Source: a virus (Duplodnaviria; Caudoviricetes). Taken from it: DNA of 64,000 bases. The DNA lies in the IMG/VR virus record IMGVR_UViG_3300027874_000010, positions 10,413 to 74,412 of that record. One strand, 5' to 3'. A program made the position numbers and the translations under genes. The notes below the pieces were generated by a model that worked only from the letters and a program-made list of their open reading frames with translations, was not told the DNA's origin and made no database searches. Below, one piece after another: positions 52,043-60,770 of the stretch (position 1 is the stretch's first letter; the number at the start of each line of letters is the position of its first letter).

Positions 52043-52420
52043 TGGCGCACTGACCAGGGCGTCCAGCCGTGGGGTTCCCCCTTCTATGGGCCGGGAACAG
52101 CCGGAGAACGCAGCCAGGTGGTCAATACGGAGAGCGGACACGACGCCAAGCGCCCGCTCGTTCCTGGCCTGTCGGACCGGTGGCGGGTGTGTCGCCCAGG
52201 GGTGCCTTGGTCAGTGCGCCAGTCACAACCCGGCCTCTCGCGTCTGGACGAGGGGTCCGCGACGGGGCCACAAGCCTGCGTCGTGCAGTCCGGGTGTCGC
52301 CTCCAGTAGTTGAGTAGAGGTGGTTCACGACCAGTCCCTTGCCCCCCTATGGAAGTGGGCTGGCTCAGCCCCGAGCGGCTGAGGTCAGGTCGGTCTTGGT
52401 ATCCGACCGTCCGCTCGAAC
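52043..52420 (+). ncRNA. Candidate large structured RNA
   Basis: 22-bp helix 52043-52064/52200-52221 with nested stems plus further hairpins. Confidence 0.5.
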
Positions 52421-52431
52421 GAAAGGAGCGC

Positions 52432-52659
52432 ATGGCAAAACTCACTCGCGGACAGATCCGCTACTTCGCCCGCCAATCGGTCACGCCCGTTTACAGCGTG
52501 CCTGCTGACCGATGGGGGCACGGCTTCGCGATGTACGCCTCGGTGCCCGTCTTCGCTGACAACCGCACCAACCGCGCCATCGACGCCCACGAAACTCGCA
52601 TCCGCAACCGCCGCACCTTCCGTCGCCGCCCTGGTCCTACTGCGGCAGATTGGAGCTAA
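52432..52659 (+). CDS. Basic hypothetical protein
   Basis: SD AAGGAG. Confidence 0.65.
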   Translation: MAKLTRGQIRYFARQSVTPVYSVPADRWGHGFAMYASVPVFADNRTNRAIDAHETRIRNRRTFRRRPGPTAADWS

Positions 52660-52664
52660 CCCTA

Positions 52665-52877
52665 ATGTTCGAGGTCGTCCCTGACGGCCAGCGCTTCCGG
52701 GTCGCTCGCAACGGGGAGCTTCTCCCCGCGCGGTTCCACCGCCGCGAGCAGGCCGAGGCGTACGTCGCCGCCCAGGAGCAGGCCGTGCGCGACGAGTACC
52801 AGGCCCGCAAGGGGCACCTCCAGGCGGGCAACCTGCCTGACGTGTACGGCGGGAACCTGCTCAGCTACCCGCGCTAA
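52665..52877 (+). CDS. Hypothetical protein
   Basis: SD GGAG. Confidence 0.65.
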   Translation: MFEVVPDGQRFRVARNGELLPARFHRREQAEAYVAAQEQAVRDEYQARKGHLQAGNLPDVYGGNLLSYPR

Positions 52878-52880
52878 TTC

Positions 52881-52909
52881 TTGCACGTTCGCACACGCTC
52901 GCATATCAT
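52881..52909 (+). promoter_or_regulatory. Sigma70-like promoter, repeated cassette family (boxes inverted, CGCAC)
   Basis: TTGCAC-17-TATCAT. Confidence 0.65.
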
Positions 52910-52928
52910 TTGGATGTAAGGAGAAGCA

Positions 52929-53243
52929 GTGACCACCACCACCCAACGACCAGCCACGGCCATGAAGAACGAGATCAAGCGCTTTCTCAAGCGCAACGGC
53001 TTCGACTACGAGGTCACGTGGTATTCCAAGGCCGCGTGGCAGGCGCGCGGCGAGCGCTTCGGCAACGAGGCGGACGTGAGCCTCGTCTTCGAGGGGCCAC
53101 TCTACGAGGCCCTCAACTACGGCAGCTACGGCGGGTACCGCGAGGGCGGGGCCGTGGACTTCTTCGCTGAGACGGCGCGCAAGTACGGCTACTTCTTCGA
53201 GCAGGGCTTCGCCTGGTCGGGCCACTTCTACAAGTGGGATTGA
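52929..53243 (+). CDS. Hypothetical protein
   Basis: Track ORF, SD. Confidence 0.8.
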   Translation: MTTTTQRPATAMKNEIKRFLKRNGFDYEVTWYSKAAWQARGERFGNEADVSLVFEGPLYEALNYGSYGGYREGGAVDFFAETARKYGYFFEQGFAWSGHFYKWD

Positions 53244-53254
53244 GAGGAGATCCA

Positions 53255-53659
53255 GTGACCACCAACGTTCGCCTGGTAGCAGTCCAGGCCCAGGAACTCA
53301 ACGACCCGGACGGCGATCCGGGCTACGTCTTCGAGGACGCCGAGAACAACCCCCAGGACCGCTTCGCCCAGGAGCGCGCCAACGCCTACGTGAACGGCGA
53401 CTGGCATTGGGTCGGCATCCGCGCGATGGCAACCCTCGAAGTCGATTCGGGGGCCGACCCCGCTCACAACGTCAACTGGAAGACCGAACAGCACGTCTAC
53501 TCGTCGGGTCTGTGGGGCATCGAGAGCGACTCGTCTGGCGACTACTTCGATGAGGTCGGCCGCGAACAGGTCGCGGAGCTACGCGAGATCGTCCAGGCGA
53601 TGGGCGTCGAGTGGGACGAGTCGGTCGTCCCCGACCACCTCAAGGAGGTGAGCGCGTGA
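53255..53659 (+). CDS. Conserved phage hypothetical protein (SSGLWGIESD)
   Basis: SD GAGGAG, GTG. Confidence 0.8.
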   Translation: MTTNVRLVAVQAQELNDPDGDPGYVFEDAENNPQDRFAQERANAYVNGDWHWVGIRAMATLEVDSGADPAHNVNWKTEQHVYSSGLWGIESDSSGDYFDEVGREQVAELREIVQAMGVEWDESVVPDHLKEVSA

Positions 53660-53889
53660 CCAGCATCCAGCCCAGGGTCGGCCAGTACGTCCGCCCTGGC
53701 ACCGGCTGGGCGCTGCGTCCCTGGTGCCGCGTGATCGCCACCGGCGAAGACAAGTGGGGTCCGTGGTTCATCGCGGAGTACCCCGACGATGCGGTCGCCC
53801 AGGAGCAGTTCCGCCAGTACAAGCAGTACTGGAGCGACCACAACTTCCGCTTCTGTGAGGTCAGCAATGAGACACCGCCCGCAAGCTGA
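53656..53889 (+). CDS. Hypothetical protein
   Basis: GTGA overlap, SD AAGGAGG. Confidence 0.65.
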   Translation: MTSIQPRVGQYVRPGTGWALRPWCRVIATGEDKWGPWFIAEYPDDAVAQEQFRQYKQYWSDHNFRFCEVSNETPPAS

Positions 53890-54079
53890 GCCGCATCCCG
53901 AGTGGTGCGGGCGCTACCAGTACGGCTCCAAGCAACTGTGCGACGACCACCTGGCCGAGGCCGAGCGGCGCTACCCCCAGGGCTGGAGATCGTACCCGGG
54001 CGACACCTGTCGCCACGGCGTGTACGTCGGCGGGGTCGGCATCGACTGGATGTGCCCCGTGTGCGAAGGCGGCGAGTAA
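53867..54079 (+). CDS. Small Cys-rich protein
   Basis: CRHG...DWMCPVCE. Confidence 0.7.
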   Translation: MRHRPQAEPHPEWCGRYQYGSKQLCDDHLAEAERRYPQGWRSYPGDTCRHGVYVGGVGIDWMCPVCEGGE

Positions 54080-54112
54080 TTACGCACGGTTTCGCACAGA
54101 ATCGGCTATAAT
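54078..54112 (+). promoter_or_regulatory. Promoter, repeated cassette family (CGCAC boxes)
   Basis: TATAAT at 54107 followed by GGAAGGAGAGAG; weak -35. Confidence 0.55.
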
Positions 54113-54135
54113 GTCCCTGGAAGGAGAGAGACGAA

Positions 54136-54387
54136 ATGTCCACCACCACCCGAACGAAACGGCCCGCCGTGTGGGTCGATTGCCCTGGCCTGCAGGACGG
54201 CCGCTACGCCCACTCGATGCGCGACGGCTGCTGGTCGTGCGCTCCGTTTTGGGAGCAGTTCCCGGTCTGCCCCGACGACGACACCCGCCTGCGGAGGAGC
54301 CAGCCGAAGCAGTGGGACAAGGCTCCAGATGGCTACTGCCGAACGTGCCGCAAGCACTTCAGCCTGGAGCGGGAGCCGCAGTCATGA
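54136..54387 (+). CDS. Cys-rich hypothetical protein
   Basis: Track ORF, SD. Confidence 0.75.
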   Translation: MSTTTRTKRPAVWVDCPGLQDGRYAHSMRDGCWSCAPFWEQFPVCPDDDTRLRRSQPKQWDKAPDGYCRTCRKHFSLEREPQS

Positions 54388-54548
54388 CGCCTGAAGAACA
54401 GGCCACGCTCCTCGACATCGTTCGCCGGTATCACGCCGGCGAGCCTGCCCAACACTGCATGGCCTGGGTCTACGGCCTGGTCAGCAACAGCAATCTCTGG
54501 AAGCCCGAATACGACGAGGAGGAGCGCAGCAATGCCAACCATCGCTAA
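54384..54548 (+). CDS. Hypothetical protein
   Basis: ATGA overlap. Confidence 0.6.
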   Translation: MTPEEQATLLDIVRRYHAGEPAQHCMAWVYGLVSNSNLWKPEYDEEERSNANHR

Positions 54549-54855
54549 CCGAGGTCCGCTCTCGGACAACATGACCGCCCTGGTCTGGCGCGGCGACTAC
54601 GCCGCGCTCGTCTACCGCTTTGAGACGGCGGACGGCGACAAGGGCTGGACCTTCAGCGTCTTCTACCGCCAGCACGTACTCGGCGGTGAGCAGGGCAGCA
54701 TGGAGTTCGGCACGCCGGATCCGAACGTGCGCTTCTGGAGCCGCGAGTCGGCGCTCAGCGTAGCCGAGGACGAACTGGCACGGCGCGAATACGAGAAGCA
54801 GCGCGCGGCCAAGCACGACGCGACCATCGCCCGGGCGCTCGCCGCCCGTGGATGA
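54532..54855 (+). CDS. Hypothetical protein
   Basis: SD GAGGAG. Confidence 0.75.
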   Translation: MPTIANRGPLSDNMTALVWRGDYAALVYRFETADGDKGWTFSVFYRQHVLGGEQGSMEFGTPDPNVRFWSRESALSVAEDELARREYEKQRAAKHDATIARALAARG

Positions 54856-55309
54856 ACTGAGCGCGCGCTACAAGGTCCGCGAGGTCGCTGCGCACCAGGC
54901 CGAGCAGGGGTGGGATCTGGACTGGTCCCGCCGCCTGCTCAACCAGTACGACGACCTCGTGGAGCAGGCCCAGGAGATCGCCAGGGTCGTCTTTGCGCTG
55001 CGATGGCCGCGCGCCGGTGAGTACAGCTTCGACATCAGTTTCAGCGAGGAGTACCGCGACGGCGGGCAGCACGTCACGGCGACGTACTTCACGCGCGGCG
55101 AGAACGACTCGTTCGCCTTCCCGCTGCACTACCTGTTCGCGACGTACGAGCAGATCGTGACCGCCGAAGACATCCTCAAGGATGAGGCGGCAGCGGCCCA
55201 CGCGGAGAAGCTGCGCGCGGCCCAGGAGGAGTCGCGACGGCGCGACATCGAGACGCTCAAGCGCCTGCAAGAGCGCTATCCGGAGGTCGGATACCGCCGC
55301 GATGCCTGA
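54848..55309 (+). CDS. Hypothetical protein
   Basis: Track ORF. Confidence 0.75.
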   Translation: MDELSARYKVREVAAHQAEQGWDLDWSRRLLNQYDDLVEQAQEIARVVFALRWPRAGEYSFDISFSEEYRDGGQHVTATYFTRGENDSFAFPLHYLFATYEQIVTAEDILKDEAAAAHAEKLRAAQEESRRRDIETLKRLQERYPEVGYRRDA

Positions 55310-55448
55310 GCACGGGTGCCGACCAGAGCCGCACTGCGTCTGCGGCCACAACGCCTGGTATCACGAGGACGAGGAGCCGAGCCGCTGCCACATGCAGGGC
55401 TGCACATGCACCACGTTCCGGCGCTGCCGCGAGTACCGAGATGCCTAA
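55302..55448 (+). CDS. Small CxCGH...H protein
   Basis: CVCGHNAWYH...CHMQGCTC. Confidence 0.6.
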   Translation: MPEHGCRPEPHCVCGHNAWYHEDEEPSRCHMQGCTCTTFRRCREYRDA

Positions 55449-55692
55449 GCGCCACCCGAAGCCCGGCCCCCAGGGATCGGGCAAGAGCAAGTTCGCGGCG
55501 TTCACCCGCCCACGCCAGCGCGGGCCTGCATACATCCTTGAGGACGACCCGAACTGGACCGAGGAGGTGCGCGAGGCCAAGCTTGCCGAGATGCGCGCGT
55601 TTGCCAACGAGCGCGGCCCGGTGCCGGGCGCGCCGTTCATCATCTTTGAGTACGCCGATGGGCGAAGGATTCGACTCGACCGCAACCCATGA
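55441..55692 (+). CDS. Hypothetical protein
   Basis: Track ORF. Confidence 0.65.
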   Translation: MPKRHPKPGPQGSGKSKFAAFTRPRQRGPAYILEDDPNWTEEVREAKLAEMRAFANERGPVPGAPFIIFEYADGRRIRLDRNP

Positions 55693-56255
55693 ACCTCGCA
55701 CCGCAACTGTGGGTCAGCCGCCGCACGCCAGCGGGTGCCCACTTCCAGCGCGTCGTCAACGACCAGGGCTTCGGCGTCAAGCCGACTGGTGGCTTCTGGA
55801 CCTCGACGTACTCGCCCGAGACTGGCTCGGCCTGGGTCGAGTGGTGCCTGGGCGAAGACTTCCGTGTGCCCGCCAACTGGCGCTGGCACGGCTGGCTGTT
55901 GACGCCACCGCCTGATGTCGAGGTACTGACCATCGACACCTACGCCGACCTGTGCCGCGCGCTGGAGGTCTTTGGCATTGCCAGCCCCGTCTCGACGCTG
56001 CACGCGGGCGGCAAGAGCCTGGACTTCGAGCGGCTGGCCGAGAGCTTCGACTGCATCCACCTGACCGAGCGCGGCCAGTGGGAGACACGCCTGAGCATGC
56101 CCCACACGCTGTACGGGTGGGACTGCGAGAGCACGCTCTGGCTGAACTGGCCGTGGGCGCACGGCGAGATCATCGACCTGGGGTTCAAGACCTGGGGCGC
56201 GCCACCGCCCGTGGACACGCGCGGGCGCATCCGGAGGGCACGCCGTGACCTCTGA
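55689..56255 (+). CDS. Conserved phage hypothetical protein (KPTGGFWTS...YGWDCES)
   Basis: ATGA overlap; track ORF. Confidence 0.8.
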   Translation: MNLAPQLWVSRRTPAGAHFQRVVNDQGFGVKPTGGFWTSTYSPETGSAWVEWCLGEDFRVPANWRWHGWLLTPPPDVEVLTIDTYADLCRALEVFGIASPVSTLHAGGKSLDFERLAESFDCIHLTERGQWETRLSMPHTLYGWDCESTLWLNWPWAHGEIIDLGFKTWGAPPPVDTRGRIRRARRDL

Positions 56256-56484
56256 GCGGATCGAGGTGCCATGCGCCGGGTGCAGCACAGACCCGTGCTA
56301 TCACTGGCCGTACTGCACCGAACTGCTCAGCCTCCGCGCCGCGAACGCGCGACTGCTGGCGCTGCTGCAGGAGGTCGAGAGTTGTGGGCACTGGTCAGAC
56401 TGCCCGGCCAGCTTCAACACCAAGTATCGGTGCCGATGTGCCTACGGGATCATCGTAGAGGCGCACGCCCAAGGTGACTTATGA
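56245..56484 (+). CDS. Cys-rich hypothetical protein
   Basis: Track ORF. Confidence 0.6.
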   Translation: MTSERIEVPCAGCSTDPCYHWPYCTELLSLRAANARLLALLQEVESCGHWSDCPASFNTKYRCRCAYGIIVEAHAQGDL

Positions 56485-56521
56485 TCGCATGTCTGCACGT
56501 CCATCGGATATAGTGCCTGCA

Positions 56522-56755
56522 ATGACCACCGCGACCATCGACGCGCACGGCCTGCGCTTGCGGGCGTGGCGCACCGACCACAACCTGACGCAGAAGCAAC
56601 TCGCCAAGCACCTGGGCGTGGCGTGGTTGACTGTCCAGCGGTGGGAGGCGGGCACGCGGGCGCAGCCGAGCTTCCTGTACCTGGCGCTCGAACGCCTGGA
56701 CGAACTGCTCGCCCGAAGGCTGGTGGCACATGACCCGGCCACGGACCCCTGGTAG
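56522..56755 (+). CDS. XRE/Cro-family HTH transcriptional regulator
   Basis: LRAWR...LTQKQLAKHLGVAWLTVQRWEAG. Confidence 0.9.
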   Translation: MTTATIDAHGLRLRAWRTDHNLTQKQLAKHLGVAWLTVQRWEAGTRAQPSFLYLALERLDELLARRLVAHDPATDPW

Positions 56756-57890
56756 GGGACGGCGGGTTCGCTGCGATGCCTGTCGCGAGCTTCGCTACGG
56801 CCCGCTGATTCGCGGCCTGTGCGCCGAATGCGCCGAGCAGCAGCAGCGCTCTGAGGCCGAGTTCGACCGCCTGATCGGGGACACCATCCCCGACGCGCCG
56901 CCCGAGCGTCAGTGCCGCTACTGCCGCGCGGCCGTGTCCTGGCTGAACGACGACGGCTTCTGTTCGCAGTCGTGCGAGTACCGCTATGCGCGCGACGAGC
57001 GTAGCCCCGAGGAGCGCGCGCTGTTCGACGGCGAGCCGTGGCCCTACGGCCGCTCGCCGCTGGAGAGGCTGCGGACGCAGACCAACAACTACGGCCTGTA
57101 CGTCGGCGCGCCCACGCCCGAGGTGCCCGCTCCCCTGGAGGAGCAGGTACGCGCCTGGTTTGACGAGGACACGCCACCCCTGGAGGGCGACGAGCCTGTT
57201 GCCATCGTTCGCGGCGGCGTCGTACACGATGGCGAGGGCGAGATCGCGCGTCTGTGTCGGCGCGGGCATCCTCTGGAGGAGGGCGAGATCCGCTGCTACG
57301 TGTGCCACCCGCTAGAGGACACCGCCCTGGAAATTGACGACAGAGCGTCAGTGCGCGGCGAGCCGGGCCACGATCTGGATCTGGAGTGCTGCCTGGAGTT
57401 CAACGACGTGGATGTGGACCAGGCCGAGGTCAGCCGCGTGCTGGCTCGGGTGCCTGGGCGCTGGAACGGCGAGAACTTCCACTGGCTGCTGGAGCTACGC
57501 CAGGGGCGCTACTGCTATCTGGTCGGCTGGTGCGACTCGAACGGGTGGGAGGGCGACTCGCTGGCCCAGGCGTGGTTCGCCAACACGCCGTACGAGGCCC
57601 TGGTACAGGACGACTCGCTGAGCGAGGACATCATTCGCGCGCTCATGTCGCAGACCCTGAACGGCTTCATCGCGGGTGTGCACGAGCGCATCGCCACGTC
57701 GCTGGCCCAGGATGCCGACAAGCGCCACAAGGTCTACCAGGCGATGGGCTTCGAGATGAACCACACCTGGCTGTGTGAGAACTGCGAGTTCATGACGGGA
57801 TCTGACGCCGACGCGCGCTTCCACTCCGAGCAGCGGCGCGTGATCGACCCGCCGCCGGGCTGGATCAGAAAGCCGCGTAGACCGCTGTGA
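56730..57890 (+). CDS. Hypothetical protein with zinc fingers and a GWCD..GW domain
   Basis: Track ORF 386 aa. Confidence 0.75.
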   Translation: MTRPRTPGRGRRVRCDACRELRYGPLIRGLCAECAEQQQRSEAEFDRLIGDTIPDAPPERQCRYCRAAVSWLNDDGFCSQSCEYRYARDERSPEERALFDGEPWPYGRSPLERLRTQTNNYGLYVGAPTPEVPAPLEEQVRAWFDEDTPPLEGDEPVAIVRGGVVHDGEGEIARLCRRGHPLEEGEIRCYVCHPLEDTALEIDDRASVRGEPGHDLDLECCLEFNDVDVDQAEVSRVLARVPGRWNGENFHWLLELRQGRYCYLVGWCDSNGWEGDSLAQAWFANTPYEALVQDDSLSEDIIRALMSQTLNGFIAGVHERIATSLAQDADKRHKVYQAMGFEMNHTWLCENCEFMTGSDADARFHSEQRRVIDPPPGWIRKPRRPL

Positions 57891-58015
57891 TGAAAACGGC
57901 GGCGGCGTGGCTGGTTGCCATCGCTGCTGCCGTCGCCATCGGCGGCTGTCTGACGCTGCTCCTGCTGGTCGTCGTGGTCATCGGGCTGGCCGGCGCTGCC
58001 TTCAACTACCGATAA
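57890..58015 (+). CDS. Small membrane protein; TAA stop lies inside palindrome 7
   Basis: Hand translation MKTAAAWLVAIAAAVAIGG... Confidence 0.55.
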   Translation: MKTAAAWLVAIAAAVAIGGCLTLLLLVVVVIGLAGAAFNYR

Positions 58016-58024
58016 CCGGTTATC
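58011..58024. promoter_or_regulatory. Palindrome GATAACCGGTTATC (copy 7 of 7)
   Basis: 19 bp upstream of a cassette promoter. Confidence 0.7.
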
Positions 58025-58043
58025 GTCTAGCGTGTGCGAATTG

Positions 58044-58072
58044 TTGCGTCTATGTGTGCGGGCATGTATCAT
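58044..58072 (+). promoter_or_regulatory. Sigma70-like promoter, repeated cassette family
   Basis: TTGCGT-17-TATCAT with GTGCG boxes. Confidence 0.7.
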
Positions 58073-58098
58073 ATGGATGTAGCGAGGAGATCACAGAG

Positions 58099-58494
58099 AT
58101 GACAGCGACGACATTCGCCGGCCGACTTGAAGCGAGCGTGCGGACGCAGAGCCTGATGGCCGAAGCCGCCACGCGCCGAGGCGAGCACGTTGCCGCCGTC
58201 AAGTGGTACGCGATGGCACTCACCAGTTCTCGCGCGCGGGCCGACTACCTGAAAGGACGCACGAAAACCTACCAGCGCATGGCTCAGCAACGCGCCGAGC
58301 AGCAGAACCACTACCTGCACGACCAGATGACGATGGCCGAGGCGATGGCGAACGGAATGCCCGGCGTCGATGTCATGCCTGGCGGCAGCACCTACGTGCG
58401 CACCGACTGCCAGTGCATGAAGGAACGTGACGAACGTGGAGTCGAGCGAGTGGTGACCCACTCAAGCGATTGCCCGCAATACCTGCCCTACTGA
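58099..58494 (+). CDS. Hypothetical protein
   Basis: SD GAGGAG. Confidence 0.75.
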   Translation: MTATTFAGRLEASVRTQSLMAEAATRRGEHVAAVKWYAMALTSSRARADYLKGRTKTYQRMAQQRAEQQNHYLHDQMTMAEAMANGMPGVDVMPGGSTYVRTDCQCMKERDERGVERVVTHSSDCPQYLPY

Positions 58495-58506
58495 CAAGGA
58501 GATCCC

Positions 58507-58716
58507 GTGACCATCAAAGTCCACTACAGCACGCTCGACCACTTCTCGCAGACGCGGAAGTTCAAGACGCTCGAAGGCGCGCAGCGGTACGCGCAAAAGT
58601 GGGTCGGGCCACGCCCCGAAATGAGCTACTGGTACGCCGTCTCGTCGGACGGCATCGGCAAGGTTCAAGTGACTGGCGATGCCACACTGCGCGACCTGTT
58701 CCCGGAAGCCGAGTAA
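58507..58716 (+). CDS. Hypothetical protein
   Basis: SD AAGGAG, GTG. Confidence 0.8.
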   Translation: MTIKVHYSTLDHFSQTRKFKTLEGAQRYAQKWVGPRPEMSYWYAVSSDGIGKVQVTGDATLRDLFPEAE

Positions 58717-58726
58717 AGGAGATCCT

Positions 58727-59311
58727 GTGACCACCACCTATTCCGAGCAGGCCCTCGCGGGAGTGCGAGAGATCGCTGGCGGCACACTGCGCGGCGGGCT
58801 GCAGTTCACCCCCGAGGTCAAAGCCGCCATCGCAGCCGGGCTGGCCGTGGATGCCGACCCGTACTTCATGATGAGCGACATGCTCATCGGGCCATCGGCG
58901 CGGCTGACCCCCGAAGGGCAAGCCCTGGCGCGCGAGCGTGGGGATCTGACCGCGTGCGTCTGCCCTGGCTGTGATCGCGAGGCCAGCCGCAGTCCGTCTG
59001 GCTACTGCCAGTCCTGCCTGCGCGCGGGCAACCGCAGCAATGGTGGCGGACAGTGGGGCGGCTGGATCAATGGCGACCAGTGCTACGACCACTACCTGAC
59101 CACCCACCCCGAAGTTGCCGCCGAGCGCACGCGGCTGCTGCGCGAGGCCACGCCCACCCGTGGCCGGCATCGCGACTACGCCTCGCAGCGGCGCTACAGC
59201 GAACTCCTGGGCTACATCGACCCGTCAGATCAGCGGAGCGAGGACAAGAAGGGCATCCCGTCCTGGCACTACGGTCCTGACGGGCGCGTGGTGTGGGACA
59301 ACCTGCCATGA
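58727..59311 (+). CDS. Hypothetical protein with zinc finger
   Basis: SD AAGGAG, GTG ACC ACC. Confidence 0.75.
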   Translation: MTTTYSEQALAGVREIAGGTLRGGLQFTPEVKAAIAAGLAVDADPYFMMSDMLIGPSARLTPEGQALARERGDLTACVCPGCDREASRSPSGYCQSCLRAGNRSNGGGQWGGWINGDQCYDHYLTTHPEVAAERTRLLREATPTRGRHRDYASQRRYSELLGYIDPSDQRSEDKKGIPSWHYGPDGRVVWDNLP

Positions 59312-59493
59312 ACCATTGTTCGATTTGCCGCGACTTCGCGGCGCAGTTCAAGCTCGATCTGCCGCGCTCCACGCGCAACCTGCTGGCCGAGCAGTGGTGG
59401 TCCCATCAGGACCGGGCCGACGACGTGCGCTGCTGGAATGCGTACATGGCGGTCTTCGACCCCGAACAGGTCGTGGATCTGGAGGCCGAGTGA
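59308..59493 (+). CDS. Hypothetical protein
   Basis: ATGA overlap. Confidence 0.6.
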   Translation: MNHCSICRDFAAQFKLDLPRSTRNLLAEQWWSHQDRADDVRCWNAYMAVFDPEQVVDLEAE

Positions 59494-59666
59494 TGAACGA
59501 GTACCTGGCGGCGCTCGACTACGCCCTGGCGTACATGACGGCCGAACCCCGGCCGTCAACGTCGCTGGTGCGCGCCATCGAGGGCCTGATCGAGATCCGC
59601 GACAAGCTGACCCTGGCCGGCAGCTTCGCGGAGCTACTCAAGGAACTGGAGAAGACCGAGCCGTGA
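59493..59666 (+). CDS. Hypothetical protein
   Basis: TGATG overlap. Confidence 0.65.
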   Translation: MNEYLAALDYALAYMTAEPRPSTSLVRAIEGLIEIRDKLTLAGSFAELLKELEKTEP

Positions 59667-60076
59667 GCTTCATGGACCCGCTGGACGACGACGAGTACGC
59701 ACTCCTGGCGGGCGCGCACGCCCAGGACCAGGCCGAGGAGGACGCCGCAGACGCCGACGCCCACCGTGAGCCGCGCGAAGACGACGACGAACTGGATGAC
59801 TTCGAGGCCAGCGAGCGCGCGCGCGAGGAGGACGAGATCAACGCTGCCAACGAGCGGGCGCTCGCGGGCGGCTACTGCACCGCCGCCAACGCCTGGGACA
59901 TCAAGTGCGGCGACGACGCCGTGTACCTGCTGGTGGCCGGGCCAGACGAGGACGCGCATCTGCCGAAGGTGCGCGAGCCGCTGTGTCACGACCACCTGGC
60001 CGACGAGATCGAGCAGGCGCTCGCCGCCGGCTGGAACCACGTCGAGGTCAGTCTCTGGAAGGCGAACGTGCGCTAA
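59663..60076 (+). CDS. Acidic hypothetical protein
   Basis: GTGA overlap. Confidence 0.7.
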   Translation: MSFMDPLDDDEYALLAGAHAQDQAEEDAADADAHREPREDDDELDDFEASERAREEDEINAANERALAGGYCTAANAWDIKCGDDAVYLLVAGPDEDAHLPKVREPLCHDHLADEIEQALAAGWNHVEVSLWKANVR

Positions 60077-60079
60077 TCC

Positions 60080-60108
60080 TTGCGCACATGTGCGTTATCG
60101 TGTATTAT
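60080..60108 (+). promoter_or_regulatory. Sigma70-like promoter, repeated cassette family
   Basis: TTGCGC-17-TATTAT; near copy of 51798 cassette. Confidence 0.7.
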
Positions 60109-60154
60109 CTTCTTGCGGGGCCGAGAGAGGGCCTCGCGAGAAGGAGTCTGTCGG

Positions 60155-60361
60155 ATGAGCAAGGTCAAGACGGTTGCGCGGGTCGTGGTTCACACGGCTG
60201 TCGCGGTTCACGTCGCGGCCGTCATGTTCCACGCGATGGACCCCTCTGGCAAGGTCGCGCGGGGTGCGCAAGTGCCCGACGCGGTGTTCATGCCAGCCAA
60301 CCCCGTCACGATGACGGTTGATCCACCAGTGCCACCGGTGACGGTGAGCGTTCGGGCCTAG
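60155..60361 (+). CDS. Hypothetical protein
   Basis: SD AAGGAG. Confidence 0.6.
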   Translation: MSKVKTVARVVVHTAVAVHVAAVMFHAMDPSGKVARGAQVPDAVFMPANPVTMTVDPPVPPVTVSVRA

Positions 60362-60371
60362 AGGAGATCCC

Positions 60372-60572
60372 ATGTCCAGCAAAACCTGTCCGCGTTGCGC
60401 GGGCGACACCAGCGTCAAGCACAAGGCCACGACCAAGGCCCCGAGTGTGGCGACGATGGAACGTTGGTCGAACGACGGTGTGGCGCGCGCCACGGACGGC
60501 TGTCGGGTTGAGCCTGACGGCAAGTGCGAGCACGGCCACTCAAGCTGGATGCGAATGATGGGAGTGATCTAG
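60372..60572 (+). CDS. Small protein (ATDGCRVEPDGKCEHGH motif)
   Basis: SD GAGGAG. Confidence 0.75.
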   Translation: MSSKTCPRCAGDTSVKHKATTKAPSVATMERWSNDGVARATDGCRVEPDGKCEHGHSSWMRMMGVI

Positions 60573-60752
60573 ATGACCAGAGCAGAAGCAGTCGAGTACG
60601 TGGTGCGCCGCCTCCTGGCGGTGACCACCCGCGACGACGAGTACGAGGCCGCACAAGAGGCGCTCGACTCGCTCCTGGGCCTGCAGGCTGAGCTACAGCT
60701 TGCCGCTCAGATCGACCAGATGTCCCGGCCGCGTTCCCGCGTGTCTCTCTAG
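60573..60752 (+). CDS. Hypothetical protein
   Basis: Hand translation; adjacent to the previous stop. Confidence 0.6.
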   Translation: MTRAEAVEYVVRRLLAVTTRDDEYEAAQEALDSLLGLQAELQLAAQIDQMSRPRSRVSL

Positions 60753-60770
60753 GGCAAGAAAGGAGAACCA

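Noticed and set aside
4253-58024. Palindrome as DnaA box, parS or LexA box
   Set aside because: Shares only TTATC with DnaA boxes and does not match TGTTTCACGTGAAACA or GAAC-N4-GTTC
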